Origin: Actinomycetes bacterium
GTDB lineage: Bacteria; Actinomycetota; Acidimicrobiia; Acidimicrobiales; JAKAVM01
Direction of reading: 5' to 3'
Assembly: GCA_021827485.1 (NCBI GenBank)
Contig: JAKAVM010000091.1
Coordinates: forward strand, 5,230-69,229
Length of the DNA stretch: 64,000 bases
Shown here one piece after another: positions 50,289 to 59,478 of this stretch (position 1 is its first letter; every line of letters starts with the position of its first letter). Made by a program: the position numbers and the translations under genes. The notes below the pieces were generated by a model, which did no database searches, was not told where the DNA came from, and saw nothing but the letters and a program-made list of their open reading frames with translations.

Positions 50289-51016
50289 GTGTTTTACTCC
50301 GACGCTTAGGAGGAATTCGGAAATTGCGGGGGAAGGCAGATGTACAGAGCGGATTTACGCTTGTTGAATTGGCAGTTGTGGTAGCTCTTATGTCGATAAT
50401 TTCTCTAAGCACATTTAGAATCATCAACGCAATGTATAACTCCACTGTTGCATCTACCCAAAGATCACTGCAGGCTAACGAAACCCAGCTGATCTCCGAA
50501 TTTTCGAATTATTATATCCAAAACGCATCCTGTTATGCTCCAGCGCTCCCGCCAGGCAATCAGTGCTTAACTGCCGGATCCGACGATCTCATCTACTCGG
50601 GGTCAGCACAGAATCTTACTTTCTATGGATTGAATGAGTTCTGCCCGGGTTTTACGAATACTTATGCGCAATTTCATCTCTACCTCACCCACACCGGTAA
50701 CTACGGTGCTACTAATGTGTACGATCTTATGTTGACCACAACCCCTACAACGAGTTCGTGTCCGACAGACACCCAAGACATTGGTCAAAATATAGTTGCC
50801 TTCTCCTTTGATTATTACGGGTCCAACGGAAACTGTGTTACTAATTCAAATGCAATGATCAATGATCCTCCGACCTATCCAAGCGCAAGTCTTGGCCCAA
50901 TTGACGATGTTTACCAGGTATCGCTAAGTGCTGTTGTTCAATCGACTCAAAGTGCTCAGCAAGTTTCTTATTCAACGTGCATATTTTTGCCCAATAGTCA
51001 AAGTTCATCGGTATGA
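50279..51016 (+). CDS. Type IV pilin-like minor pilin (PilW-like)
   Basis: Has the classic motif QSG|FTLVELAVVVALMSIISL. It overlaps the upstream gene by 10 nt. Confidence 0.75.
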   Translation: MFLGVLLRRLGGIRKLRGKADVQSGFTLVELAVVVALMSIISLSTFRIINAMYNSTVASTQRSLQANETQLISEFSNYYIQNASCYAPALPPGNQCLTAGSDDLIYSGSAQNLTFYGLNEFCPGFTNTYAQFHLYLTHTGNYGATNVYDLMLTTTPTTSSCPTDTQDIGQNIVAFSFDYYGSNGNCVTNSNAMINDPPTYPSASLGPIDDVYQVSLSAVVQSTQSAQQVSYSTCIFLPNSQSSSV

Positions 51017-53574
51017 AAGCTATAGATTACATTTACTCACGCAAACCAAAGAAGAAGTTGTCGGCTGAAATTGAGTCGAGGCGGTCAAGGAATGTTGAGA
51101 GACGTCGAGCACATCGCTTTGAGGGTGTACGAGGACAGTCGATGATGCTTGTACTGTCGGCAATGGTTGTATTATTGCTTATTCCAACCGTGCTAGCGGC
51201 CCTCGTCATAGGGGAAGGTCCGATTAGCAGCCAGCAGGTAAGCCATAGTGCTGCATATAATGCTGCCGAAGCTGGCGTAGCCGACTTTGTAAATAACATT
51301 GACGAAAATCAAAGCTATCTTCAGTATAACGCTGGATATCCACCGCCAAATCCTGCACCAGCGTTTGGCGGAAACTCTGGGGTTGGAACATGGGCACGGG
51401 TGCCGGGCTCAAATAGTGAGTGTTTCTTCTATGTTCCAAATACTAATAGTTATTATACCTCTGGTACTTTATCGCTAACCGTAACTGGTCGTTCAGGACC
51501 CAGTGGATCAGGTGGTGGTTCCTGTACCACCCAAGCAGGTGCCACCTACCAATACAGGACGTTGACTGTCAATGTGGCCCGCCCTTCCACGAATCAAAAT
51601 GCCGTGAACCTCAACTACGGTATTGCTAACCCGTATATCTATGGCGACTATGCGGGTGGTACTGGTAACTCTATACCAGACTGTGCGTACTATGCCTATG
51701 GTGTGAATCCAGGCAATTGGTATCTCGACCTATTCGTACTCAACCAAGGACCTGATTGGGCTTATGGTCCAGCCTGGGGTGCTGCAAATCTATCGTGGAA
51801 CGATTCTCCTCCTAGCGGAGTTGCAGGCGCATGTGGTCTACTGGGCGTTACTTATCACGATTCGTTTTGGTCCCCAGCTGACCATGTGAACGGACCTGTA
51901 TATTCCAAAGATGAGTTCTATGTTTGCGGAAGTCCCAGTTTTTCAGGCCCGGTAACAGTAGGTGATCCGTATTCAAGCAACGGTCAGCTTCCGGCCCCTG
52001 CCCCTTGGTACGAAACTGGCTGGCCAATGAATATGAACTTTGGATCTCCGTACTATGTAGCTGGGGCGACATTGGCCTTTACTATTCCCCTTATCAACAT
52101 TACAATCGACCTGGTTTGCCCCATTGCCCAATCGCTTTCTCCGGCTGATGGACCTATAGTTCAAAATACTAGCTATACAGCACCACCCTATACGACTACC
52201 GGCTCATATGATGCCAACGACTACCTCTTGAACGCTATTCAAAAATGGGCAGTTCGAGATGGGTGTGTTTTCTCAGGAAATACAACGTTTACCTTCAATG
52301 GTGGCGGTGGGGCGAGCATCAGTGGGTCCCCAATTGTGAATAACGGTGGTAACTGTAGCGGAGGTGGGGCTAATTCGCCTAACGGGCTCTTCTTTGTCGA
52401 AAACGGTAACGCCTACGTAAATGGTACCGTTCATGGCCAATATACGGTTGCAGCTGCCAACTATTATGGCTCTTCTCCCAATACTGGTACCCTTGCAAAT
52501 CTAACTGGTACGTATAATGTTCAAGATTTGCAGAGTGGCCCATTCTCATCGACGCTAGGAAATATTGAAATAACTGGCAATACTGTCTACAGTTGCGGAA
52601 GTCCTGCGCCAGTCGGTTGCACTGACGTATTGGGCCTCATTGCTCAGAACGACGTTGCAATTAATAATCCCGTGGGTTCGCACTGTGAGACTTACTTAGC
52701 TAGTGGTTTTGTCGATGGGACCTGTCTTATGGATGAGCCTGGTTCTCCCGATACGTATGATGGTTACTATGAAACTGATAGTATCCCATACGGATTGAAC
52801 CTAGACTTCTGGGATCTTGGTTGCTCAACTAACTCTTGGTCGATTAGCTGTTCAATGGATCCCGGCGAGAGCGATAACTATTGGAGTGACAGGGAAGGAT
52901 GGTACAACATTGCAGACTTGAACTGTTGGGTAGGGTATATACCCCCAGGCATACCTTACCCCAGTTATGAGCCCAATGGTTGTGAAAATGGTCTTGGATT
53001 GCCAGGGGTTGGCGGAGTTATTTTAGGCGGTGGTGGAGATGGTGATGACGTTCCGAGTCCCTTGTCCTGGTTTGAGCCAACTCCACAAGCTCCATTGTAC
53101 AATCTGACCATTGATGCCAATATAGACGCTGTATGGGGTTCGTTCTATCTTCAGAACTTCAACAACTTTGCAAATTTGGACCACAGCTGTTCTGTATATA
53201 ATCTGCTGGCTAGTTTCAACTTTTGGGACTCTGATTATACGGCCGAGTGCGAGTTTGGGGGCGACAGCGACAACGATACGGGCACGTACGGTAGCTTGAC
53301 GGTCAATGGATCGGTTACCGAGTTTTGGTATGGTATCTTGACTCATATTATGGCAGCGGGAGGAAGTGTTTCTGCGCAAGGTGGATATAACCCAGTTACA
53401 ATCAACTACGACAGCAGGCTAAACTACCTAAGTCCTCCCTACATGATTACGCCGTTAGCGCCGCAATTATGGAAGCAGACTAACATAGCCGAAGTACCAT
53501 CGGTGTGTCCTACCGGTGGTGCTCCAACGGCTTCTCCAAATAATGGTCAGGAGGTAACTGGTCCATGTCCATAA
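51013..53574 (+). CDS. Large PilX-N-domain protein with a Cys-rich, Gly/Asn-rich extracellular region (putative pilus tip/adhesin)
   Basis: The N-terminus GQSMMLVLSAMVVLLLIPTVLAAL...AAYNAAEAGVADF resembles the PilX N-terminal domain. Length is 853 aa, with about 30 cysteines and beta-helix-like G/N-rich stretches. The ATGA overlaps the upstream gene. Confidence 0.6.
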   Translation: MKAIDYIYSRKPKKKLSAEIESRRSRNVERRRAHRFEGVRGQSMMLVLSAMVVLLLIPTVLAALVIGEGPISSQQVSHSAAYNAAEAGVADFVNNIDENQSYLQYNAGYPPPNPAPAFGGNSGVGTWARVPGSNSECFFYVPNTNSYYTSGTLSLTVTGRSGPSGSGGGSCTTQAGATYQYRTLTVNVARPSTNQNAVNLNYGIANPYIYGDYAGGTGNSIPDCAYYAYGVNPGNWYLDLFVLNQGPDWAYGPAWGAANLSWNDSPPSGVAGACGLLGVTYHDSFWSPADHVNGPVYSKDEFYVCGSPSFSGPVTVGDPYSSNGQLPAPAPWYETGWPMNMNFGSPYYVAGATLAFTIPLINITIDLVCPIAQSLSPADGPIVQNTSYTAPPYTTTGSYDANDYLLNAIQKWAVRDGCVFSGNTTFTFNGGGGASISGSPIVNNGGNCSGGGANSPNGLFFVENGNAYVNGTVHGQYTVAAANYYGSSPNTGTLANLTGTYNVQDLQSGPFSSTLGNIEITGNTVYSCGSPAPVGCTDVLGLIAQNDVAINNPVGSHCETYLASGFVDGTCLMDEPGSPDTYDGYYETDSIPYGLNLDFWDLGCSTNSWSISCSMDPGESDNYWSDREGWYNIADLNCWVGYIPPGIPYPSYEPNGCENGLGLPGVGGVILGGGGDGDDVPSPLSWFEPTPQAPLYNLTIDANIDAVWGSFYLQNFNNFANLDHSCSVYNLLASFNFWDSDYTAECEFGGDSDNDTGTYGSLTVNGSVTEFWYGILTHIMAAGGSVSAQGGYNPVTINYDSRLNYLSPPYMITPLAPQLWKQTNIAEVPSVCPTGGAPTASPNNGQEVTGPCP

Positions 53575-54371
53575 CACTCTCAAGTTCTAATCTTTCGAGT
53601 AAGACGCGTATCAGAAGAAGGTCCTTACTGGGCTCGGTGGCGTTCGCAGCATTTGGAGCTGTTTTCTTTGCTGCTTGTGGGGGTGGTGGAGCAGGTGGAA
53701 GTTCTCAAAGTCAGAATAATAATCTCCACACTTCACTCACACTATCTAACTCGACATTGGTCAAGACTCCGTCCCCTGTCTTGGGTAGATCCGGCAGTGG
53801 ATCGGGTCAAAGTAGTCGAGCGGCATTAGGGATTCCGGGAATGTCGTTGAGTCAGGTATTGGCCAAAGATGGGATTACTGAGCAACAACTGAGTGAGTAT
53901 GACAATTACTATATGGGGCTAAAGTATGATGGATTTGGTGGCGATCTTACAGCACTGGGGAATAATTTGGGGTCGAACTTTCCGGCCTTTATTGATGCAC
54001 TCAATACCGATGCAAGGAATATTTCAGCGACAGCGACTAAGGTTTCTCAAGTATTCGCCAACTTTTCACAGTCGTTGAACTCCGCACGTATACCTGCCCA
54101 GGCTCAGGCCGATGTTGCAAGCATAAAAAACGATGCGAGTGCCTTATCTCGGGATTTTACTTCGATAGCAAGCAAATACGCTGGGGAAACCCAGACTACT
54201 CTTGCAAAATCGACTACGAATACGATACTTGACAGTTTTAAGGCAGATTTTACTAAGCTGAGAAATGATATCACTGATTTGGGGACGATTGTCCCACAAT
54301 TGCCGTCGAGCGCAACCTTGCCACCCGCTGGAACACCTTACATTTCTACTCCTCCCAGCGCGAACGGTTAG
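53565..54371 (+). CDS. Hypothetical lipoprotein encoded within the pilin operon
   Basis: Has the lipobox FFAACGGGG, then a mostly helical Ser/Thr/Ala-rich sequence. It overlaps the upstream gene by 10 nt. Confidence 0.55.
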   Translation: MSITLSSSNLSSKTRIRRRSLLGSVAFAAFGAVFFAACGGGGAGGSSQSQNNNLHTSLTLSNSTLVKTPSPVLGRSGSGSGQSSRAALGIPGMSLSQVLAKDGITEQQLSEYDNYYMGLKYDGFGGDLTALGNNLGSNFPAFIDALNTDARNISATATKVSQVFANFSQSLNSARIPAQAQADVASIKNDASALSRDFTSIASKYAGETQTTLAKSTTNTILDSFKADFTKLRNDITDLGTIVPQLPSSATLPPAGTPYISTPPSANG

Positions 54372-54419
54372 TGAATTGGTGAGAGTACTTATGCCTTGTC
54401 GTAATTAGTTGATAAAAGA

Positions 54420-55091
54420 GTGAAAACGATGGCTAGAAAAGCAAATTCGTCTTTAGAGAAAAGTTGCGTTAGGGCTGACACAAGGCTTTGGCGCCGATAT
54501 AAGGACCAGGGTGGTTTTTCAATGGTTGAGCTCATGGTTGTGATTGCGATTATAGGCATTATAATGTCTTTGGCGATTCCACAATTTAGTGGGGCCCGTA
54601 CTATCGGTGCTGACCAGAAGATTCAACAAACTCTAGATAGAGTTCTGCAGTCAGCGGAAGAGTCCTATCTGTCATACGGTAATTTCTGTGGAGCAGTGGG
54701 GCTATCAGTAAGTGGATGTAATGCTTTCAACATAAACAACACGACGCTTTCCAACTTCAATCATAGTGTTATCTATGTTAGCCAGTTCACTACTGCAAAC
54801 TCTACACCAGGCTCTATTCCTGAAATCAGTATTGGCCCGGCTAACTGGTCTTGGGGGGGAAGCTTCCCTCAATATCAGATGTTTGATGCAGTCCAATATG
54901 ATCCCACAACATCCACCTGTTGGTTCATATACCACATTCAAGCTACTACTCAAGCTGGGGCAGGATTTATTGGGAAAACTCAGCCAGGGACCTGGTATGC
55001 TAAAACTCCTGGAACTGCTAATTGCTATGCAGATGAGACTTACTACTTAGGTGCCTGGGGAACCTCGTGGCAAGATGCACCTATGTATTAG
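54420..55091 (+). CDS. Type IV pilin (major-pilin-like / PulG-like)
   Basis: QGG|FSMVELMVVIAIIGIIMSLAIPQF is the canonical class III signal and N-terminal helix. The leader is long, about 30 aa (ATG 54429 is an alternative start). Confidence 0.8.
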   Translation: MKTMARKANSSLEKSCVRADTRLWRRYKDQGGFSMVELMVVIAIIGIIMSLAIPQFSGARTIGADQKIQQTLDRVLQSAEESYLSYGNFCGAVGLSVSGCNAFNINNTTLSNFNHSVIYVSQFTTANSTPGSIPEISIGPANWSWGGSFPQYQMFDAVQYDPTTSTCWFIYHIQATTQAGAGFIGKTQPGTWYAKTPGTANCYADETYYLGAWGTSWQDAPMY

Positions 55092-55103
55092 AAATCCTTT
55101 CGT

Positions 55104-56090
55104 TCAACCAACGGGCAAGCTTAGCGGTGTCTGTTGGGGCCGGACTGGTTGAGATTGTTGTGCTTGCTGTTGAGCCTGGGCCAGCGCTACCAGGTCAATG
55201 GTTTGGGAGGTAGCGGGAGTTGTAAAACGTGTAGTACCTGCTGATACATACTTTCCGACAAAACTAATCTCGCTATTGAGGTTTAACTTTTGCTTAGTGT
55301 TCTTGTAGGACCAGTGGATGAAATCTATTACACCAGCGCTGTTGGTTGAAATTATCACATTGATATTTGGAGATTTGATTAGGGAGGCGATTACTGAGAT
55401 AAGGCCACTGTAGGTACCAGGCGAGCCACTTTCAGCAGCAACGAGATTGATTCTTGCATCGTAGTTATCCAGTGCTTGCCCATTAGAGGTACTAGCTCCA
55501 GAATATCTTGCCGTTGCCCCAGAATCTTCTAACAGATAAATAAATGTAAATGGGTCGACGACTGCACTTGCCAAAAGTAATAACGGACTAGAAACCGCAG
55601 GATTCAAAGTGTCTGTGAGCGATATAGATATCCAAGATTTTTTCATTATGGCTATTTCTTGTTCAAGAACTCCCCAAGGTTTTATGTAAATCTCCTGGTT
55701 GGAGAGTATCAACTGTAATATTGGTAGTTGGGAGGTGTTTGGAAGGTCATAGTTCGAATAAGGTTTGCCACTTTGTGAAAGTGCAACCTGGCTCGCCATG
55801 TTGGAGTTGATATTGATTGATCCTTGGCCGGTGTACTTCCAGGATATTTTTCCTACTTTCGCACTTGTTACAACCTGATAGTTGCGGTTTCCTGATCCAA
55901 AGCTCTTATTGAGCATACTTTGAATCTCGGGGGAGGAAAGACTCTTGTTGTTCGTTGCATTTGAGTGCGTCGAGGAACACGATGAGGCCAGTAAGGCGAT
56001 CAATGCAATCGTCAGAAGATATTTGGAGCTAGCCTGAAAAGTTGGTATTAAGTTCCGAAACTTATGCATCGTAACATAATTATAACCCAA
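55104..56090 (-). CDS. Hypothetical lipoprotein, paralog of 57431..58459
   Basis: Has the lipobox LLASSCSS. It shares blocks with the paralog: KSW(I/V)S(I/L)S, SP(L/V)LLL.(S/A).V(I/V)DPFTFIYL, PG.YSG(L/I), QTIDL. The tail is Gln-rich. Confidence 0.65.
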   Translation of the reverse strand: MGYNYVTMHKFRNLIPTFQASSKYLLTIALIALLASSCSSTHSNATNNKSLSSPEIQSMLNKSFGSGNRNYQVVTSAKVGKISWKYTGQGSININSNMASQVALSQSGKPYSNYDLPNTSQLPILQLILSNQEIYIKPWGVLEQEIAIMKKSWISISLTDTLNPAVSSPLLLLASAVVDPFTFIYLLEDSGATARYSGASTSNGQALDNYDARINLVAAESGSPGTYSGLISVIASLIKSPNINVIISTNSAGVIDFIHWSYKNTKQKLNLNSEISFVGKYVSAGTTRFTTPATSQTIDLVALAQAQQQAQQSQPVRPQQTPLSLPVG

Positions 56091-56155
56091 TTCGGTACGA
56101 CCGTATGGCGTGAATCGGTATTAAATTATTGACAAGTGCTAGTAACAGTCTGCAA

Positions 56156-57394
56156 TTATTTGATTGTTGGACCTACAACTACGGAACTTGGCCCCTTGCC
56201 CACTTCGATCGGTGGACCCACTTTATTGTCGGATAACCTTATTGGCACTACGCTGTGTCCAACCTTTGCTAGCGTTCCCACAAGTGCAACATAAGCAAAT
56301 TTACCGTCTGGTGAAATTGTGATCGAAATAGGTCCTGGTCCGACCTTAAATGCCTTTCCAGGCTTATTAGTAGATGTGTCGATAGGAGTTATGGTTCCGT
56401 AGCCATATAGCTGCCAGGCGTAGTTTGCTACATATACCCATTTCCCATTAGGCGTAATTGCAATACCTAATGGCCCGATCCCAGTTTTGATCGGTGGCAA
56501 AGTTTTGAGGTTGCTGAGGTCGACTGGTACAACGTATCTACCTGGATCCTCCCACCAGCCAGAGTCTGTAACATAAGCATACTTTTCATTTGGAGTTACA
56601 ACGACACCTTGAGGTGCCAATCCGGTCACAACTTCTTTGACAAACGAGTCTGTGCGAAGATTGATAATTGAAATAGAGTCTCCAGGATTGGCTTGAGTAC
56701 CGGAGTCAGCTACAAGTGCGAGATCTCGCCTAGGAGCAATTGCAATTGCTCCGGGCCCAGGACCGGCATAGATCGGCGGTAATGGGGTCAAGGTAGAAGT
56801 ATTGATTGGCGTTATGGTATTGGCGTCTTTGACTATCCACGCATTGGCTACTGCTTTGGGTGATGGATGAGATAAATTAATCTTCGAGATTTTTGATGGG
56901 TCAATTGCCATTAGACCCATGTCCGCTGCGAAGGCCAATGGTGGGTTTGCTATGGTTGCAACGGCGTAAGGACCTTGGCCAGCTTGTATCTGAGGGCTTA
57001 CTGCGTAGTTTGACAAATGGATAATAGTAAGGGTCGAAGTACCTCCAACCTGCCCTCCTGTATTGTTTGCAACAACCAAAGATCTATCATCTTGGGTAAG
57101 TGCTAGCGCGATTGGGGAAGGTCCTGCATTGAGGACTCTGGAGGTCTTGAAGTTTGCAAGATTGATAACTCGTACATCATTAGAACTCGTATCAGCAACA
57201 TATAGCGAATAGCCAGGATCTTCCCAGCTCTTCAGCGATACCGAGGACCCCGGTATTTGAGATTTGGCAGAAACGCCTGTTGAGGTCGAGCAACTCGCCA
57301 TAAGTAAAAGCCCCATTAAAAGCGCTGGAAGTAATAGCTTTTTCAACTTGTAGCCAGTATACCTTGAGCTGATTTCGATTCGTAAATTAGCCAC
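56156..57394 (-). CDS. YVTN-family beta-propeller repeat lipoprotein
   Basis: Has the lipobox LLMASCSTS and repeated units of about 40 aa with G.GP..IA(I/L)(T/S)PDG...YVAN-type motifs (GPSPIALALTQDDRSLVVANN, GIGPLGIAITPNGKWVYVANY, GPGPISITISPDGKFAYVA). Confidence 0.75.
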   Translation of the reverse strand: MANLRIEISSRYTGYKLKKLLLPALLMGLLLMASCSTSTGVSAKSQIPGSSVSLKSWEDPGYSLYVADTSSNDVRVINLANFKTSRVLNAGPSPIALALTQDDRSLVVANNTGGQVGGTSTLTIIHLSNYAVSPQIQAGQGPYAVATIANPPLAFAADMGLMAIDPSKISKINLSHPSPKAVANAWIVKDANTITPINTSTLTPLPPIYAGPGPGAIAIAPRRDLALVADSGTQANPGDSISIINLRTDSFVKEVVTGLAPQGVVVTPNEKYAYVTDSGWWEDPGRYVVPVDLSNLKTLPPIKTGIGPLGIAITPNGKWVYVANYAWQLYGYGTITPIDTSTNKPGKAFKVGPGPISITISPDGKFAYVALVGTLAKVGHSVVPIRLSDNKVGPPIEVGKGPSSVVVGPTIK

Positions 57395-57430
57395 GAAAGT
57401 GCGTTAGCCGGGATATTTCGGCGTCTCGTT

Positions 57431-58459
57431 CTACGGTGCCGGAAGGCCAGGTGTACCGGCTGGCGACGGAGAGGGTGAACTGCCCAGCGACGGAGAAGGA
57501 GCCGGAGGGGCTAAAGTGTTTGTAGCCTTTGTGAGGTCTATCGTTTGGTTTGCAGGTGGTTCGGATATTGGCGAGAAGTGGACCGGAAAGCTCAAATGGT
57601 TAAATTGAAATTGAACCTGGGCATGGTGTAATCCGCTCGAAGTTTGCAAGCCAATCTGGTCAAGTAGTCCGGAGCGGCTAATTGATACTGAAATGTCAAT
57701 AGATTTACTTCCGATAAACGAACCAAGGATGCTTGCTATTCCGCTGTAGAGTCCGGGCACGCTATTTTCTGCTGAGGTTGTTGGGATGGTAACTTGATAT
57801 TGGTAGTCTGTGTTCCCATGAAAATTCACGGTTCCAATCAAGCTAGCTTTCAGAGAAGCCTTCGATAGGTATATGAACGTGAAAGGATCAATCACCGAAC
57901 CGACAAGGAGAAGAACCGGACTAATAGTTAGCTTTCCAACGATATCGGCAATTGACAAAGACACCCAACTCTTGTTCAATGTGCTGATTTGTGATTTTAA
58001 GGAGCCCCAGACCTCCCAATAAATCTCTTGGCGGGTAAAAACTGAGGCTACGATTGGAATTTCGGATGGAGAAGGTGTTTGAGAAACGTTATACGGAATA
58101 TCTTTGGACGATACTGCAACTTCACTTGCAGTACTTTGCCCTAAGTCAATGGATCCGATCCCATTGTACAGCCACTGCTGATGTCCAATCGCTCCACTCG
58201 TTGTGATTGAGAAATCATGATTTCCGTTTGCAAAAGTACTGTCGATAACTTGATTAATTTGAGTAAGAGTAAGTGTCTTCGAATTCTTGAAACTTCCGGA
58301 CGAGGTTGAACCTGCCGTGCCAGTTGAGTTAGAGGAGTTACACGAAGCAGCAAGCAATGAAATCACGATAGCAACTACTGTAAGCGAAAGTAGCTTTACT
58401 CTTGTTTTGCTAAAAATTCTACGGTTCGTCACGCATAGCAATAGTAGCTCACATTGCAC
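57431..58459 (-). CDS. Hypothetical lipoprotein, paralog of 55104..56090
   Basis: Has the lipobox LLAASCNSS and conserved blocks shared with 55104..56090. The tail is Pro/Ser-rich. The true start is probably internal to the track ORF. Confidence 0.65.
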   Translation of the reverse strand: MQCELLLLCVTNRRIFSKTRVKLLSLTVVAIVISLLAASCNSSNSTGTAGSTSSGSFKNSKTLTLTQINQVIDSTFANGNHDFSITTSGAIGHQQWLYNGIGSIDLGQSTASEVAVSSKDIPYNVSQTPSPSEIPIVASVFTRQEIYWEVWGSLKSQISTLNKSWVSLSIADIVGKLTISPVLLLVGSVIDPFTFIYLSKASLKASLIGTVNFHGNTDYQYQVTIPTTSAENSVPGLYSGIASILGSFIGSKSIDISVSISRSGLLDQIGLQTSSGLHHAQVQFQFNHLSFPVHFSPISEPPANQTIDLTKATNTLAPPAPSPSLGSSPSPSPAGTPGLPAP

Positions 58460-58473
58460 TATAATAACCTTCG

Positions 58474-59478
58474 ATGCTCCCTAGGTATTTCTACTCTAAC
58501 ACGAGAAATTTGGGATTTATTATCGCAATATCTTTACTTGCTACTGGTTGCGCAACTGCCTCCAAGACGAATTCCTCTTCCCAAGTAAGTACTAGTAAGC
58601 GGAGCCACGTTTCAAGTTCAAATCTTTACACCTGTGGGGGCTGTCCACCTGCAGAAAAGGGCAAGCAGCTCAAAGCTGACGTCGCTTTAGCCAAATTAGC
58701 AAATATGACGCTTGCAGACCTGCCGAATGGCTGGACCGCTTCAGGGCAAGCGCAGAAAGCGTCTCTGGATAAGCCTATCGGAGTAGTTGCTCCAATTGGC
58801 ACACGAGAGTTTGAAAAATGTATGGGACTTACGAAACGTCAGAGCCAGATCATTAATTACAACGCTGACCAAGTATTGAATCTTGGCTCACCAATTTTTT
58901 CTTCATCTACTGCCGAATATCAAATGAATATTTCATCCTGGATCGATATGGTTCGCACCTCTACAGATGGTCAGTTGGATTTCGAAATTTCAACCAGCAA
59001 AAATATAAATAAATGTCTAGCCCCTTTGTATCGGAGTATTCTCACAAGCGAAACTGGGATTCAATTTAGTGGGTCGCCCAATTCAACATTCTCTCTCCAG
59101 GTCCAACAACAAGACGTGACTTTGATCGCACCCGCAGTCGGGTATATTCGAACAATTGTGGCAACTAAGGCGGGAGTGCTCAAAGAGTATCTAGGCTACT
59201 TTACCTTAGGTAGGGTCCAAGGTGAATGTAGTCTGGTAATATCCCTGACTGGTGGGATTGAGAAGATCTCTACACAGATGGCACTTCAAGCTACTGGATC
59301 CACAGTAACGTTCGGCCAGGCGGACACCTCAACCACAACGACTGCCATTACGACAACCACAACATCGCCACCTCCATTACCTTTGGACCCAATCTCTCTT
59401 GTGATCAAAGTCATGGATGATATGGTCGAGAGAATTCAATCGATGTCAGAAACAGCTACCTCTACCACAGTTCCCTGA
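58474..59478 (+). CDS. Hypothetical lipoprotein
   Basis: Has the lipobox LLATGCATAS and a Thr-rich tail (TSTTTTAITTTTTSPPP). Its 3' end overlaps the convergent kinase gene by 43 nt. Confidence 0.55.
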   Translation: MLPRYFYSNTRNLGFIIAISLLATGCATASKTNSSSQVSTSKRSHVSSSNLYTCGGCPPAEKGKQLKADVALAKLANMTLADLPNGWTASGQAQKASLDKPIGVVAPIGTREFEKCMGLTKRQSQIINYNADQVLNLGSPIFSSSTAEYQMNISSWIDMVRTSTDGQLDFEISTSKNINKCLAPLYRSILTSETGIQFSGSPNSTFSLQVQQQDVTLIAPAVGYIRTIVATKAGVLKEYLGYFTLGRVQGECSLVISLTGGIEKISTQMALQATGSTVTFGQADTSTTTTAITTTTTSPPPLPLDPISLVIKVMDDMVERIQSMSETATSTTVP

